Position numbers and translations under genes: made by a program
Shown here: one piece after another, positions 9,956 to 19,350 of the stretch
Numbering within the stretch: position 1 is the stretch's first letter
Layout: every line of letters begins with the position of its first letter
Source: Ignavibacteriota bacterium
GTDB taxonomy: Bacteria; Bacteroidota; Ignavibacteria; Palsa-1295
Direction of reading: 5' to 3'
Length of the DNA stretch: 64,000 nucleotides
Assembly: GCA_963787835.1 (NCBI GenBank)
Contig: CAWBEI010000004.1
Location: forward strand, 192,001-256,000
Notes under the pieces: generated by a model
Databases searched by the model: none
Told to the model about the DNA's origin: nothing
The model's input: the letters and a program-made list of their open reading frames with translations, nothing else

Positions 9956-11281
9956 TTACGCTGCCATCCGTTCCGAATTTATCACCAATGGTTCGCCGCC
10001 TTCGACAGTCTCGCGCGTGATGACTATTTTCTCTGCTCGCTGATTTTCTGGAAGATCGTACATAATATCGGTCAGCGTTTCCTCCATGATCGAGCGGAGC
10101 GACCGGGCGCCGGAGCCTCGCAGCTCTGCTTTTTCGATGATCGCATCGAGCGCAGATCGCTCGAATTCGAGTTCCACGCCCTCCATTGCGAAAAGCTTGC
10201 GGTACTGCTTGACAAGTGCATTCTTCGGCTCGGTCAACACGCGGTAGAGCGCTTCTCGCGAAAGGCCATTGAGCGGAGCGATCACCGGAAGGCGTCCGAT
10301 CAGCTCGGGAATGAATCCATATTTCAACAGATCTTCTGCCTTGACGTATTGGAACAGATCGACCGCCTTTTCATCGACTCTGGATGGGATCTTTGCTCCA
10401 AATCCGATGGGACTTTGATGCAGTCGTTTCAGAATGATCTTATCCAATCCATCGAACGCGCCGCCAGCGATAAATAGAATATGCTTCGTATTAACATGCA
10501 CCAGCGGCTGCTCTGGATGTTTGCGTCCGCCCTTTGGTGGTACGCCAGCGACGGTTCCTTCCAGCAATTTCAGCAATCCCTGTTGAACGCCTTCACCGGA
10601 AACATCTCGCGTGATCGAAGCTGAATCGGATTTCCGTGCGATCTTATCGACTTCATCCAAATAAACAATTCCGCGTTCGGCTCGTGCCACATCGAAATCT
10701 GCGGCCTGAAGCAGCGCACTCAAGATGGATTCCACATCATCGCCGACGTAGCCCGCTTCGGTGAGCGTTGTGGCATCTGCGATCGAAAATGGCACATCCA
10801 GGATCTTTGCAAGCGTCTTGGCAAGCAGCGTTTTTCCAGTTCCCGTCGGGCCAAGCAGCAGGATGTTCGATTTTTCGATCTCCGTATCCTCAAAACCTTC
10901 GACTCCGACGATCGTCTCGGAATCGATACGCTTATAATGATTATAGACCGAGACCGCCAGGATACGTTTCGCACGATCCTGCTCGATCACATGCTCTGAA
11001 AGCGCCCGCTCGATCGAGCGAGGAGTAAAATTAGAAAGACCGCCCCGGCTATTTTCACCAGAAACCCGAAGATTCTTCTTCGTCGCAAATTGCGGAAGAT
11101 GCGCCCGCAGCAGATCGACGTGGTTCGAAGTGCAAATATCGCAGATCAGCGCATTTCCGAATGGCGATGAGATCAGCGTCTGGACTTCTTCGGCGGAACG
11201 TCCGCAAAACGTACAATATAGCGGACGGTCGTTGGAATCGTCGGAATTAGATTTTCGAGGTTTCTGTGGTTTTTCAGGCAT
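9956..11281 (-). CDS. clpX: ATP-dependent Clp protease ATP-binding subunit ClpX
   Basis: C4 zinc finger CTFC..ICDIC, Walker A GPTGTGKT, DVSGEGVQQ, RKHP and IGF loops. Confidence 0.98.
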   Translation of the reverse strand: MPEKPQKPRKSNSDDSNDRPLYCTFCGRSAEEVQTLISSPFGNALICDICTSNHVDLLRAHLPQFATKKNLRVSGENSRGGLSNFTPRSIERALSEHVIEQDRAKRILAVSVYNHYKRIDSETIVGVEGFEDTEIEKSNILLLGPTGTGKTLLAKTLAKILDVPFSIADATTLTEAGYVGDDVESILSALLQAADFDVARAERGIVYLDEVDKIARKSDSASITRDVSGEGVQQGLLKLLEGTVAGVPPKGGRKHPEQPLVHVNTKHILFIAGGAFDGLDKIILKRLHQSPIGFGAKIPSRVDEKAVDLFQYVKAEDLLKYGFIPELIGRLPVIAPLNGLSREALYRVLTEPKNALVKQYRKLFAMEGVELEFERSALDAIIEKAELRGSGARSLRSIMEETLTDIMYDLPENQRAEKIVITRETVEGGEPLVINSERMAA

Positions 11282-11353
11282 GGGATAGCCGAACCTCCAT
11301 TCTTCCCGCTAAAGTTCAAACGTCCTTCAATATTGGTGAAAATCAATTGCTCT

Positions 11354-12589
11354 TCAATCATTCGGCGCGCCGCGCTTGACCCAGTCTGCGATCTTAGCAA
11401 TGGTGCAGGAATCGAGCTGCGGGCCATATTGTGGCATGGAGGGATCGGGGTATTGGTGGCGTATCACATGGAGAAGCAATCCGGTTTGCGCCACTTGTTC
11501 AACCGTGCTAAAATTCGTGAAATCGAGGCTGTCGCATGTTGCGGCAAACCTTTGGGAGTGGCAGCCAATGCAGTAGTTCGCAATGGTCGGCTGGACGTAG
11601 GTAGAATATTGCGTTCCGGCGGTATCGCAATCCGACAGGCCATCATTACATTGCGAGTTCGGCGCATCGGCGACTATCCATTGCGCGACCAACGAAATTT
11701 GATAGGCCGTTAATTTCACGGTATGTGTGATGCGCTGATAAAGTTCACTATTAGCGGTATCGCCGGGAATCACTGCTGCCATCAAGCCATCGTAAGTAGT
11801 GAAGTCGAGTCCATGAATATGGTCTGTTGGGTTATGGCATCCGCTGATCGTACAATTCGAGATAAATATCGGCTGAACAACCGTTCGAAAACATGGCCCC
11901 GGATACTGGATCGTGATCACGGATTTACCAGTAACAGTACTATCGCCAAGCCAGATAGCCTCGATGACCGCAGTAGTGCTGGTATTATCATCGTCCGTTG
12001 GCGCGGTGTACCATCCTGATGAGGATAACGAACCGGAACCGGATACTAACTTCCATTGAACTCCAGCATTTGTCGAACCGGAAACAGTCACCTGAAATTG
12101 CTGCATTTGCCCCGGCTTGAGAGAAACCGATACCGGATTTACGATGATGGTTGGCCGAGGAGGAGCAGTTTTACTAAGGATCGTTATGGCGCAATCGGTA
12201 TAGTCCAGTGTATCTTCATTCGACCGGACTCGAACGTGGAGCAGAAGCGGACTCGAAGCGATCGTCGCCGGGGCTATATATTTTGCAGAAAACCCAGCCG
12301 GTTGAATCATGCCTAATTGTGCCTGTGAATTTACCGGAGTTACTTCGATAAGAGACCAGGACACGGTGCTATCGGTGGTCCATCCAGAAAGGGTTGATGT
12401 AATATTCAGTGAATCGCCTGTCGAAAGGGTATCGGTGGCAGGCAAGATCGAAATGGAGAGCGGAGTATGCTTAACCACTGGAGTTGGCGTAGGTGTAGTG
12501 TCATGGTCGCATCCCCATGCGATCCAAAGGGAACAGACCACGAAAAATGGCGGAAGGACTCGCCAATGACTATGCAAAAACTGCTTCAA
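11354..12589 (-). CDS. Lipoprotein with two Ig-like domains and two c-type cytochrome domains
   Basis: TTG start, lipobox AWGC, two Ig-like segments ending KYIAP/WYTAP, heme motifs CTISGCH and CIGCH, and a distal SMP Met. Confidence 0.75.
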   Translation of the reverse strand: MKQFLHSHWRVLPPFFVVCSLWIAWGCDHDTTPTPTPVVKHTPLSISILPATDTLSTGDSLNITSTLSGWTTDSTVSWSLIEVTPVNSQAQLGMIQPAGFSAKYIAPATIASSPLLLHVRVRSNEDTLDYTDCAITILSKTAPPRPTIIVNPVSVSLKPGQMQQFQVTVSGSTNAGVQWKLVSGSGSLSSSGWYTAPTDDDNTSTTAVIEAIWLGDSTVTGKSVITIQYPGPCFRTVVQPIFISNCTISGCHNPTDHIHGLDFTTYDGLMAAVIPGDTANSELYQRITHTVKLTAYQISLVAQWIVADAPNSQCNDGLSDCDTAGTQYSTYVQPTIANYCIGCHSQRFAATCDSLDFTNFSTVEQVAQTGLLLHVIRHQYPDPSMPQYGPQLDSCTIAKIADWVKRGAPND

Positions 12590-13085
12590 CTACCTGAACG
12601 GGATTTAATGACACCTAACCGGCATCCTCTTCAAAACCATAATTATGGCTGTTAATTCCCGCAGGAAAGAACCAGGCATCTGAGAGCATGGTACTGGTTG
12701 TCAAATAGCAATAGGTGCCATTTCTTTTTCTTGCTGAGTTCCCGGGATTACCCGTTCACCCTTCGTTTCCGTGCCAATTTCGCCATTTGTTCCAACAGGT
12801 ATTCATAAAAGTCCCTTCACAGAGAACTCGTTCATAATGAAACCTATCGCCAAGATCAATTTTCAATGAACTCATCCATCCTTCCCTCGTCCCGAGAATC
12901 CTGTAAATCGTGGTTCATCTTTCATACTTCATCTTTCATCTTTTCCCCGGACAGGTGCCCATCATCTCACCACCTAATATACGACACTTTTCCGAGTCGC
13001 CACCAAATTCGAAATTTTCTTTTGGCCACTCCTACGGATAACACAAGCCGTGTCTCGGGAGCCGTGTCTCGGGAAGCGGCGCTTC

Positions 13086-13313
13086 TTAGTCCCGAAGGGA
13101 CGGAGTACCCGCAGCCCAGGGTGAAGCGAAGCGGAACCCTGGGTAACGGAATATGAACAGGGTTTTATAGCCCTGAAAGGGCGATGTTAGCCGTGCGGCA
13201 TTTACTCCGTCCTTGCAGGACTATGGGAACCACAAGGGCATCTATACCTGGGGTTCCGTCCGCCGCGGCGGACTCCACCCCAGGCTGCGAGTACTCCGTC
13301 GCGCCGCGACTAA
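13086..13313. repeat. Nested inverted-repeat element (REPIN/MITE-like, 228 bp)
   Basis: Arm TTAGTC..GACGGAGTACCCGCAGCCCAGGGTG..GGAACCCTGGGTA pairs with TACCTGGGGTTCC..CACCCCAGGCTGCGAGTACTCCGTC..GACTAA. Inner hairpin GCCCTGAAAGGGC. Confidence 0.8.
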
Positions 13314-13384
13314 AACAATCCTGAAAATCCAGTGAATTATGGTCCATTTTTCCCGCCCGCCACCAAATTCGGAAGTTCTCCTAA

Positions 13385-13504
13385 CGTAGGGATCCGCCGC
13401 GGTGGACGCACGTCCGCGCCCGAGGAATTAGAAGGGCTATTATGATGTATATTCAAACCGAACCGACCGATAATGGGACGGACATGCACAGCACGTCCCT
13501 ACGG
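13385..13504. repeat. GTAG-type REP doublet
   Basis: CGTAGGGA at the left end and GGACATGCACAGCACGTCCCTACG at the right end. Confidence 0.65.
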
Positions 13505-13555
13505 AGCTACCGACATGCGTTCCCCGGTCCGGGAATTATCATAAATTGTTAGGAT

Positions 13556-14638
13556 ATGAAAAAAATTGCTGTTGGTTGTTTGACGATCTTGCTATGCGCT
13601 GCAGCATCTCTGCATGCGCAATCGAACAATGGAACGGACGTGCGCAGCACGTCCCTACGAACGGAACAACCGATAGGCGTACCACAAAATGTGAGTTTGG
13701 ATGCGAGGGGAACTGATGGTAGTTCAGACCCCTATCTATCGTCTCCACCGACGAGCCCTGGCCCTGTTTGCTCGGATGATGTTGATAGGTCTCACAAGAA
13801 TGGTTCTCACATACAGTCAGAATTGGACACGATTTCGTGCGATACTTGGTATGAAGATGGTGTAACCTTTGTGAGCAATGAAAACTACGAGCTTGGTAAA
13901 GATACGCTTGAAGCTTATGTGGACCATTGCTATGCTTCCGCTTACCCTGCCGTCTTTGCTCAAATAAATAATGCTGTCAGCGGTATTAATCAACAGGTTG
14001 AGTGGCTATCCTTTCGCGATTGGCTTTTCAATGTCTTATATCTCAATCTTGATACTTCCTATTACTGTGAAGATGCAAACGCACTCATTTCTACATTCAA
14101 TTATGTAAATGGCCCTCGCGGTTATGACGGAAAGGGTGAAATGGCTGTGTATCAATATCTCGCTACATCTGGAAAGTGTCCAACTTTTGAGGCGGCATTC
14201 CAAAAGGAAATCACAGCAGGTTGGAATAGTATGTATTCAAAATGGCGGGATACTGTCTCAGATTCGATTCTCACACCTTTCGATAGTACATTGCCAACCC
14301 TCCAACAAATTGGTTTTGAACTATTACTTGGCCCACAATACGCGGCAGTTCATAGAGGAATACTACCATCGAGCGTGTTAGGCAATATCGGTATCTCCCC
14401 TAACCCATTTATTGATAACACTGTAGTTGATTACACACTAAACGTTCCAGCTACTCTTACCGTTGAGGTTTTTAACTCGCTTGGGGAGAGAGTCGCTGCA
14501 CCCGTTCCCTCAGTTTTTACCAACAACGGGGATTATTCGCTGACTGTATCCGGCAGTGCTCTGGCTTCGGGAACGTATTATGTTCGATTTGCAGTGCCAG
14601 AAGGAGAAGTACGAACCATCATGATCACGAAGCAATGA
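13556..14638 (+). CDS. T9SS-secreted protein (Cys-patterned helical domain plus type A sorting domain)
   Basis: Signal peptide ending LHA-Q and CTD SPNPF..EVFNSLGERV..LASGTYYVR. Confidence 0.8.
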   Translation: MKKIAVGCLTILLCAAASLHAQSNNGTDVRSTSLRTEQPIGVPQNVSLDARGTDGSSDPYLSSPPTSPGPVCSDDVDRSHKNGSHIQSELDTISCDTWYEDGVTFVSNENYELGKDTLEAYVDHCYASAYPAVFAQINNAVSGINQQVEWLSFRDWLFNVLYLNLDTSYYCEDANALISTFNYVNGPRGYDGKGEMAVYQYLATSGKCPTFEAAFQKEITAGWNSMYSKWRDTVSDSILTPFDSTLPTLQQIGFELLLGPQYAAVHRGILPSSVLGNIGISPNPFIDNTVVDYTLNVPATLTVEVFNSLGERVAAPVPSVFTNNGDYSLTVSGSALASGTYYVRFAVPEGEVRTIMITKQ

Positions 14639-15609
14639 AAATTCGACATCTTAGTTTAGTATATTCTGCAGTGTTGGTGTTAGAAGCTCTCTTGCTTCTT
14701 ACACCATCGGGCAAAGCATTGGCACAATCAGAAGCGGAGCGCAGACTGGCGCTCCGCTTCGTGCCACACTATTCTTCCCCTTTGAAAACAGACAGCATTT
14801 CGGTGTGTCAATACCAATTGAATGAGGGATCTGCCTATCAGGATAGCTCGGATTTTATGCCTCAAAATATGGTATGGCCTCTGCGATGCTATGATACACT
14901 TCAGAACATGGTGGAACAGTGCACCAGCTTCCCCGACGCATATTATGCTTTTAGTTACATGATCAATGCTGCCGACGCTCTGGATCGCATTACCATGGAT
15001 ACAAGCTGGACATATAATTACCGCTTATGGCTGGAGTCTGTACTTTATACTAATACAGCAGACTCTGAGTATTTTTGTGCGGATGTAAGAACGATCGTAG
15101 CAACCTTTTATGACATAAATCAGAATGTGGCGATCTTGCGGTGGTTAGAACAAAATACGGATTGCGATTCAGAAGGAGTGCGTCAAGAAGACTCAACTTT
15201 ACGCGCCGTCCAACTTGCAAATTGGAAGGAAGGCGATACCACAATTCCTCTCGATACTACACTACCGTCCATGCATGACCTTGGTCTTGATACTGCTTTA
15301 GATAAGCACCTTCTCTCAATGGTAAGTGGTGCACAGCAGTATAGTATTCTTTCAAACGCGACCGCTAATCCCAACCCTATATCTTCGGGAACCGTAATTT
15401 CTTTCAGCATCAGCAAAGAGGCTTATGTAAAGATCGAGCTTTTCGATGTGCTGGGTAAGCAGGCATCCTCTTATGGGTATGAAAGCCTGTTCGAACCGGG
15501 GAATAAATCGGTTTCCTTCTCACTTGCCGGGCTTCCTTCGGGCACTTACTACGCCCGCATCATCACAGCGTACGGCGAAGTGCAAACCGTGAAATTGGTG
15601 AAGGAATAA
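14635..15609 (+). CDS. T9SS-secreted protein, paralog of 13556..14638
   Basis: Signal ending ALA-Q, shared WL..VLY.N.D..Y.C.D and D.TLP motifs, CTD NPNP..LFDVLGKQ..LPSGTYYAR..VKLVKE. Confidence 0.8.
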   Translation: MKIRHLSLVYSAVLVLEALLLLTPSGKALAQSEAERRLALRFVPHYSSPLKTDSISVCQYQLNEGSAYQDSSDFMPQNMVWPLRCYDTLQNMVEQCTSFPDAYYAFSYMINAADALDRITMDTSWTYNYRLWLESVLYTNTADSEYFCADVRTIVATFYDINQNVAILRWLEQNTDCDSEGVRQEDSTLRAVQLANWKEGDTTIPLDTTLPSMHDLGLDTALDKHLLSMVSGAQQYSILSNATANPNPISSGTVISFSISKEAYVKIELFDVLGKQASSYGYESLFEPGNKSVSFSLAGLPSGTYYARIITAYGEVQTVKLVKE

Positions 15610-15621
15610 CTTCTTCGATGG

Positions 15622-15657
15622 CAACACTTTTCTCCTCTGCGGGGGAGGGAAATGTTG
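15622..15657. terminator. Hairpin between convergent genes, possible bidirectional terminator
   Basis: CAACA-CTTTTCTCCTC...GGAGGGAAA-TGTTG imperfect stem between stops at 15609 and 15673. Confidence 0.45.
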
Positions 15658-15672
15658 GCTCTGTGCTCAGTA

Positions 15673-16320
15673 TTATTTCACCAATTCCGGAAAATCTCTT
15701 CGAAATTTCTCAACTTCTGGTTTCGTCACGGCTGCGATATATCCTTGATCGGGGTGGTTGCGGTAATATCGTAGGTGATAATCCTCTGCGCGGTAAAATT
15801 TGGTAAATGGCGCGAGCTGTGTTACGATCGGTGCAGAATATTTCCCTGCGATCTCTTTCATGTAGGCTTCGGCCTCTTGCTTTTGTTCGTCGTTATGATA
15901 GAAGATTGCAGACCGGTACTGCGGTCCTTCGTCTGGGCCAGCACGGTCGGGGGTGGTTGGATCGTGCTCGGCAAAAAATACCTCCAGAAGCTTATGATAA
16001 CTGATCTGTGAGGGATCGTACGCCACATCGACGGATTCGGCATAGCGCGTTTCGCCGGAGCCAACCATTTCATACGAAGGATCGGCTTCTGTTCCACCGC
16101 AATAACCGGGCAGGGCATTCTGCACGCCCTTGATCTCGAGGAAAATTTCCTCAGAATGCCAAAAACATCCCAATGCGAACGTGGCGTGTTGGAGGGTGGA
16201 ATCCTCCTGCTGCACAACGGGTGGTGCAACCTCGCGCTTAGCCGAGCCATTGCATGAGATGACGATGATAACCGTTACCGCCATCGAGGCGGCGAGAAAA
16301 AGCATTCCTTTACGTACCAT
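15673..16320 (-). CDS. msrA: Peptide-methionine (S)-S-oxide reductase, exported/lipoprotein form
   Basis: GCFW active site, GYCGG, QYRSAIF and AEDYH motifs. Likely start MVRKG at 16320 with lipobox VISC. Confidence 0.93.
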   Translation of the reverse strand: MVRKGMLFLAASMAVTVIIVISCNGSAKREVAPPVVQQEDSTLQHATFALGCFWHSEEIFLEIKGVQNALPGYCGGTEADPSYEMVGSGETRYAESVDVAYDPSQISYHKLLEVFFAEHDPTTPDRAGPDEGPQYRSAIFYHNDEQKQEAEAYMKEIAGKYSAPIVTQLAPFTKFYRAEDYHLRYYRNHPDQGYIAAVTKPEVEKFRRDFPELVK

Positions 16321-16368
16321 AGAAATTATGTGACGATATTTTGACCTGCGAGTTTCATTTGTAAATTC

Positions 16369-16519
16369 CATGTCATCCTGAGCGGAGCGAGACGCAGCGG
16401 CAGCGGAGACTCGCGCAGTCGAAGGATCTCTTCAAGTTTGACAACACGGTAAACTGCCGGAGATCCTTCGACTCCGCACATTGTGCTTTCGCACAATATG
16501 CTCCGCTCAGGATGACATG
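16369..16519. repeat. Inverted-repeat element CATGTCATCCTGAGCGGAGC...GCTCCGCTCAGGATGACATG
   Basis: 20-bp perfect terminal inverted repeat plus inner pair AGTCGAAGGATCTC / GAGATCCTTCGACT. Confidence 0.85.
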
Positions 16520-16595
16520 ACTAACAATAGCTCTTTAGGAGATTGAACGCAATGACAATATGCTTGTTTTCATGAGATAAATCGGATTATTACGC

Positions 16596-17342
16596 TTGCA
16601 TTCTCATTCGACCACAGATCTCGTCGGTATCATTCTCGCCGGGGGCACTGGCTCCCGGCTGCATCCCTGCACGACCGTCACGAACAAGCATTTGCTCCCT
16701 ATCGGTGAAATGCCGATGATCTTTTATCCGATCCAAAAGCTTGTTTCTGCTGGAATCGAAGACATTCTCATCGTGACCGGTACCGAGCACATGGGCGATT
16801 TTATCGAGCTTTTGGGTTCCGGGCACGAGTTCGATTGCGCGCTTACGTACCGTGTGCAGGATGAAGCCGGCGGTATTGCTCAGGCATTAGCGCTTGCAGA
16901 GCGCTTCGCCGGGGCACAGCCGATGTGCGTCATGCTGGGAGATAACATATTCGAGAATTCTATCTCGGCGATGATCGAGCAGTTCCAAACGCATCCGAAT
17001 AACGCGCATATTCTTCTGAAGGAAGTTCCAGATGCCGAGCGATTCGGTGTCGCAGAAATGAACGGAACGAAAGTAGTGAGTATTATCGAAAAGCCGGAAA
17101 TTCCGCCATCGAATTTCGCCGTGACGGGCGTCTATTGCTACCCTCCAGACGTGTTCGATATTATCCGTACCCTGACGCCCTCCGAGCGCGGCGAACTTGA
17201 GATCACCGACGTCAATAATGCCTATTTGGCCCAAGGCCGGCTTCATGCCTCGATGCTCGAAGGGTATTGGTCGGATGCCGGAACCTTCCCGTCGCTGGCG
17301 CGCGCGAACGAACTGGTGCGTCAATCCCCGCCGAGGAAGTGA
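16596..17342 (+). CDS. rmlA: Glucose-1-phosphate thymidylyltransferase (short form)
   Basis: GIILAGGTGSRL, LGDNIF, EKP, RGELEITD and WSDAGT motifs. Confidence 0.9.
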   Translation: MHSHSTTDLVGIILAGGTGSRLHPCTTVTNKHLLPIGEMPMIFYPIQKLVSAGIEDILIVTGTEHMGDFIELLGSGHEFDCALTYRVQDEAGGIAQALALAERFAGAQPMCVMLGDNIFENSISAMIEQFQTHPNNAHILLKEVPDAERFGVAEMNGTKVVSIIEKPEIPPSNFAVTGVYCYPPDVFDIIRTLTPSERGELEITDVNNAYLAQGRLHASMLEGYWSDAGTFPSLARANELVRQSPPRK

Positions 17343-17505
17343 ACCAGGATTACGCGGATGGAAGGGGATTACGCGGACGATTCCAGGATTATGAAGAAAC
17401 ACCGAATAAGAAATTAACGACACTAAAAAGAGTATATCCATTGGAGTCCACAACAATCCTTAAAATCGTCCGCGTAATCCGGCTAAATCCGCGAAATCCC
17501 GGTTC
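17341..17505. repeat. Long-armed inverted-repeat element built from GGATTACGC-like 9-mers
   Basis: About 50-bp arms GAACCAGGATTACGCGGAT..GGATTACGCGGACGATT and AATCGTCCGCGTAATCC..ATCCGCGAAATCCCGGTTC. Confidence 0.85.
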
Positions 17506-17511
17506 TGAATT

Positions 17512-18507
17512 ATGAATCTTCTTATAACCGGTGGCGCCGGATTCATCGGGGCAAATTTTGCCCACTATGCCGTTCGACATGGGCATACTGTGCTCATCTA
17601 TGATGTCCTGACCTACGCTGGGAACCCGAAAAATGTTGGACATCTGAAGCATTTTGTTCGAGGCGATATTCGGGATGCCGCTGCGCTTGACCGGGTGTTC
17701 CGTGATGGCGTGGATGGCAAACCATTCGATGCAGTAATCAATTTTGCGGCGGAAAGCCATGTCGATCGGTCTATTTCGCTGGCCATGCCATTTGTAGAAA
17801 CGAATGTAGTGGGTGCTGTAACGTTACTCGAAGCAGCGCGGCGCCACAATGTTCCAACATTCATCCAGATCTCTACCGATGAAGTCTATGGGTCGATCGA
17901 AGGCACTGGGAAGTTTATGAGTTCTTCTCCGCTTCGGCCATCGAGCGCGTACTCCGCATCGAAGGCGTCTGCCGATCTGATGCTCCTCTCGTATCATCAT
18001 ACGCATGGCATGGATGTGCGTATCACCCGCTGCACCAATAATTACGGACGCTTTCAGCATCCGGAAAAATTCATTCCCACCATTATTTCCAACGCGCTTG
18101 CTGGCAAGCCTATCCCCATCTTCGGCGATGGAAAACAAGTGCGCGATTGGATCTTTGTCGAAGATCATTGCACTGGAATTTTTGCGACATTGGAGCGAGG
18201 CAAGCCGGGCGAGATATATCACTTCGGCGGTCCAGGTATAGAATCGAATGATGCTGGAATTTCAAATTTCGAACTCGTGCATCTCGTTTTCCGAATTCTT
18301 GCGGAAAAATCAGGCCGCGATATTTCTGAATTCACACCGCTCATCAGAAATGTTGCAGATCGCCCCGGCCACGATCGCCGCTACGCGCTCGATTGGTCGG
18401 AATCAACACTCGAACTCGGCTGGAGTCCCCAAACCAGGCTTAAAGATGGGTTAGTGAATACAATAACATGGTGGCTTGCCAACCAAGATTGGTGGAACGG
18501 CGTTTAG
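17512..18507 (+). CDS. rmlB: dTDP-glucose 4,6-dehydratase
   Basis: TGGAGFIG, AAESHVDRS, STDEVYG, YSASK and DRPGHDRRY motifs. Confidence 0.95.
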   Translation: MNLLITGGAGFIGANFAHYAVRHGHTVLIYDVLTYAGNPKNVGHLKHFVRGDIRDAAALDRVFRDGVDGKPFDAVINFAAESHVDRSISLAMPFVETNVVGAVTLLEAARRHNVPTFIQISTDEVYGSIEGTGKFMSSSPLRPSSAYSASKASADLMLLSYHHTHGMDVRITRCTNNYGRFQHPEKFIPTIISNALAGKPIPIFGDGKQVRDWIFVEDHCTGIFATLERGKPGEIYHFGGPGIESNDAGISNFELVHLVFRILAEKSGRDISEFTPLIRNVADRPGHDRRYALDWSESTLELGWSPQTRLKDGLVNTITWWLANQDWWNGV

Positions 18508-18514
18508 CATCATA

Positions 18515-19345
18515 GTGAAAAAAATTCTACTTCTTGGCAAAGGCCAGATCGGCTCCGCGCTTATGCGGGACTTGAAAAATTTCGAAGTCCATTTATGGCC
18601 GCACGATATTGATGACCTTACGCGAGATGAACTCGAAGTCATCGCGCCAGACGCCATCATCAATGCTGCTGGCAAAACCGATCTTGCATGGTGCGAGGCA
18701 AACGCGCGCGAAGCTATGCGCTCGAATCTTGAAGCGCCGGTTCGTCTTTATCAACGGATACTCGGAAGCAACCGTGATATTCGCTTCATCCATTTTTCCA
18801 GTGGGTGTGTGTGGGATGGCCCGTACGATTCGGATGGGAAGCCGTTCACTCCCGATGTTGCCCCTACGCCTGCGTGCCTGTATTCCTGGACGAAAGCCGC
18901 CGCTGACGCGATGTTGCTCGATCTGGGTCGGGAACGAATAGCAATTTTGCGACCACGACAGGTGTATTCCGGCTACGAGCATCCGCGCAACTCGCTGATC
19001 AAATTAATGAGATACCCGAAACTGATCGATACCCCAAATTCGGTGAGCAGCATTGCGGTAATTGAGAAGAGTGTTCGGCATGTTATAGACACAGAGGATT
19101 GGAGTGGCATCTGGAATGTGTACGATCGCGGCATCACGACACCGCTCGAGATCGGCGAAATGCTCTGGAAAGCCGGACTTCGCGAACAACCATTTCGCAT
19201 TTCGAAAGAGGAGCTTGACGTATTTCACAAGCCGAAACGGGTCGATACCGTGTTGTTCGATCAGCGTTTCGAAACGCACATTCAGCCGGAAGATGTTAAT
19301 TCTCAATTATCGAAAGCGATTGACGAATTAAAAAATACTTCCTAA
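18515..19345 (+). CDS. rmlD: RmlD-like sugar nucleotide reductase (SDR)
   Basis: GTG start, GKGQIG, INAAG.T..WCE and YSWTK motifs; lies after rmlAB. Confidence 0.65.
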   Translation: MKKILLLGKGQIGSALMRDLKNFEVHLWPHDIDDLTRDELEVIAPDAIINAAGKTDLAWCEANAREAMRSNLEAPVRLYQRILGSNRDIRFIHFSSGCVWDGPYDSDGKPFTPDVAPTPACLYSWTKAAADAMLLDLGRERIAILRPRQVYSGYEHPRNSLIKLMRYPKLIDTPNSVSSIAVIEKSVRHVIDTEDWSGIWNVYDRGITTPLEIGEMLWKAGLREQPFRISKEELDVFHKPKRVDTVLFDQRFETHIQPEDVNSQLSKAIDELKNTS

Positions 19346-19350
19346 ATCCC

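Noticed and set aside
12866-13347. ORFs 12866..13156 and 13165..13347
   Set aside because: They are translations of repeat elements (for example FIFHTSSFIF, QPRVKRSGTLG) with no protein motifs.
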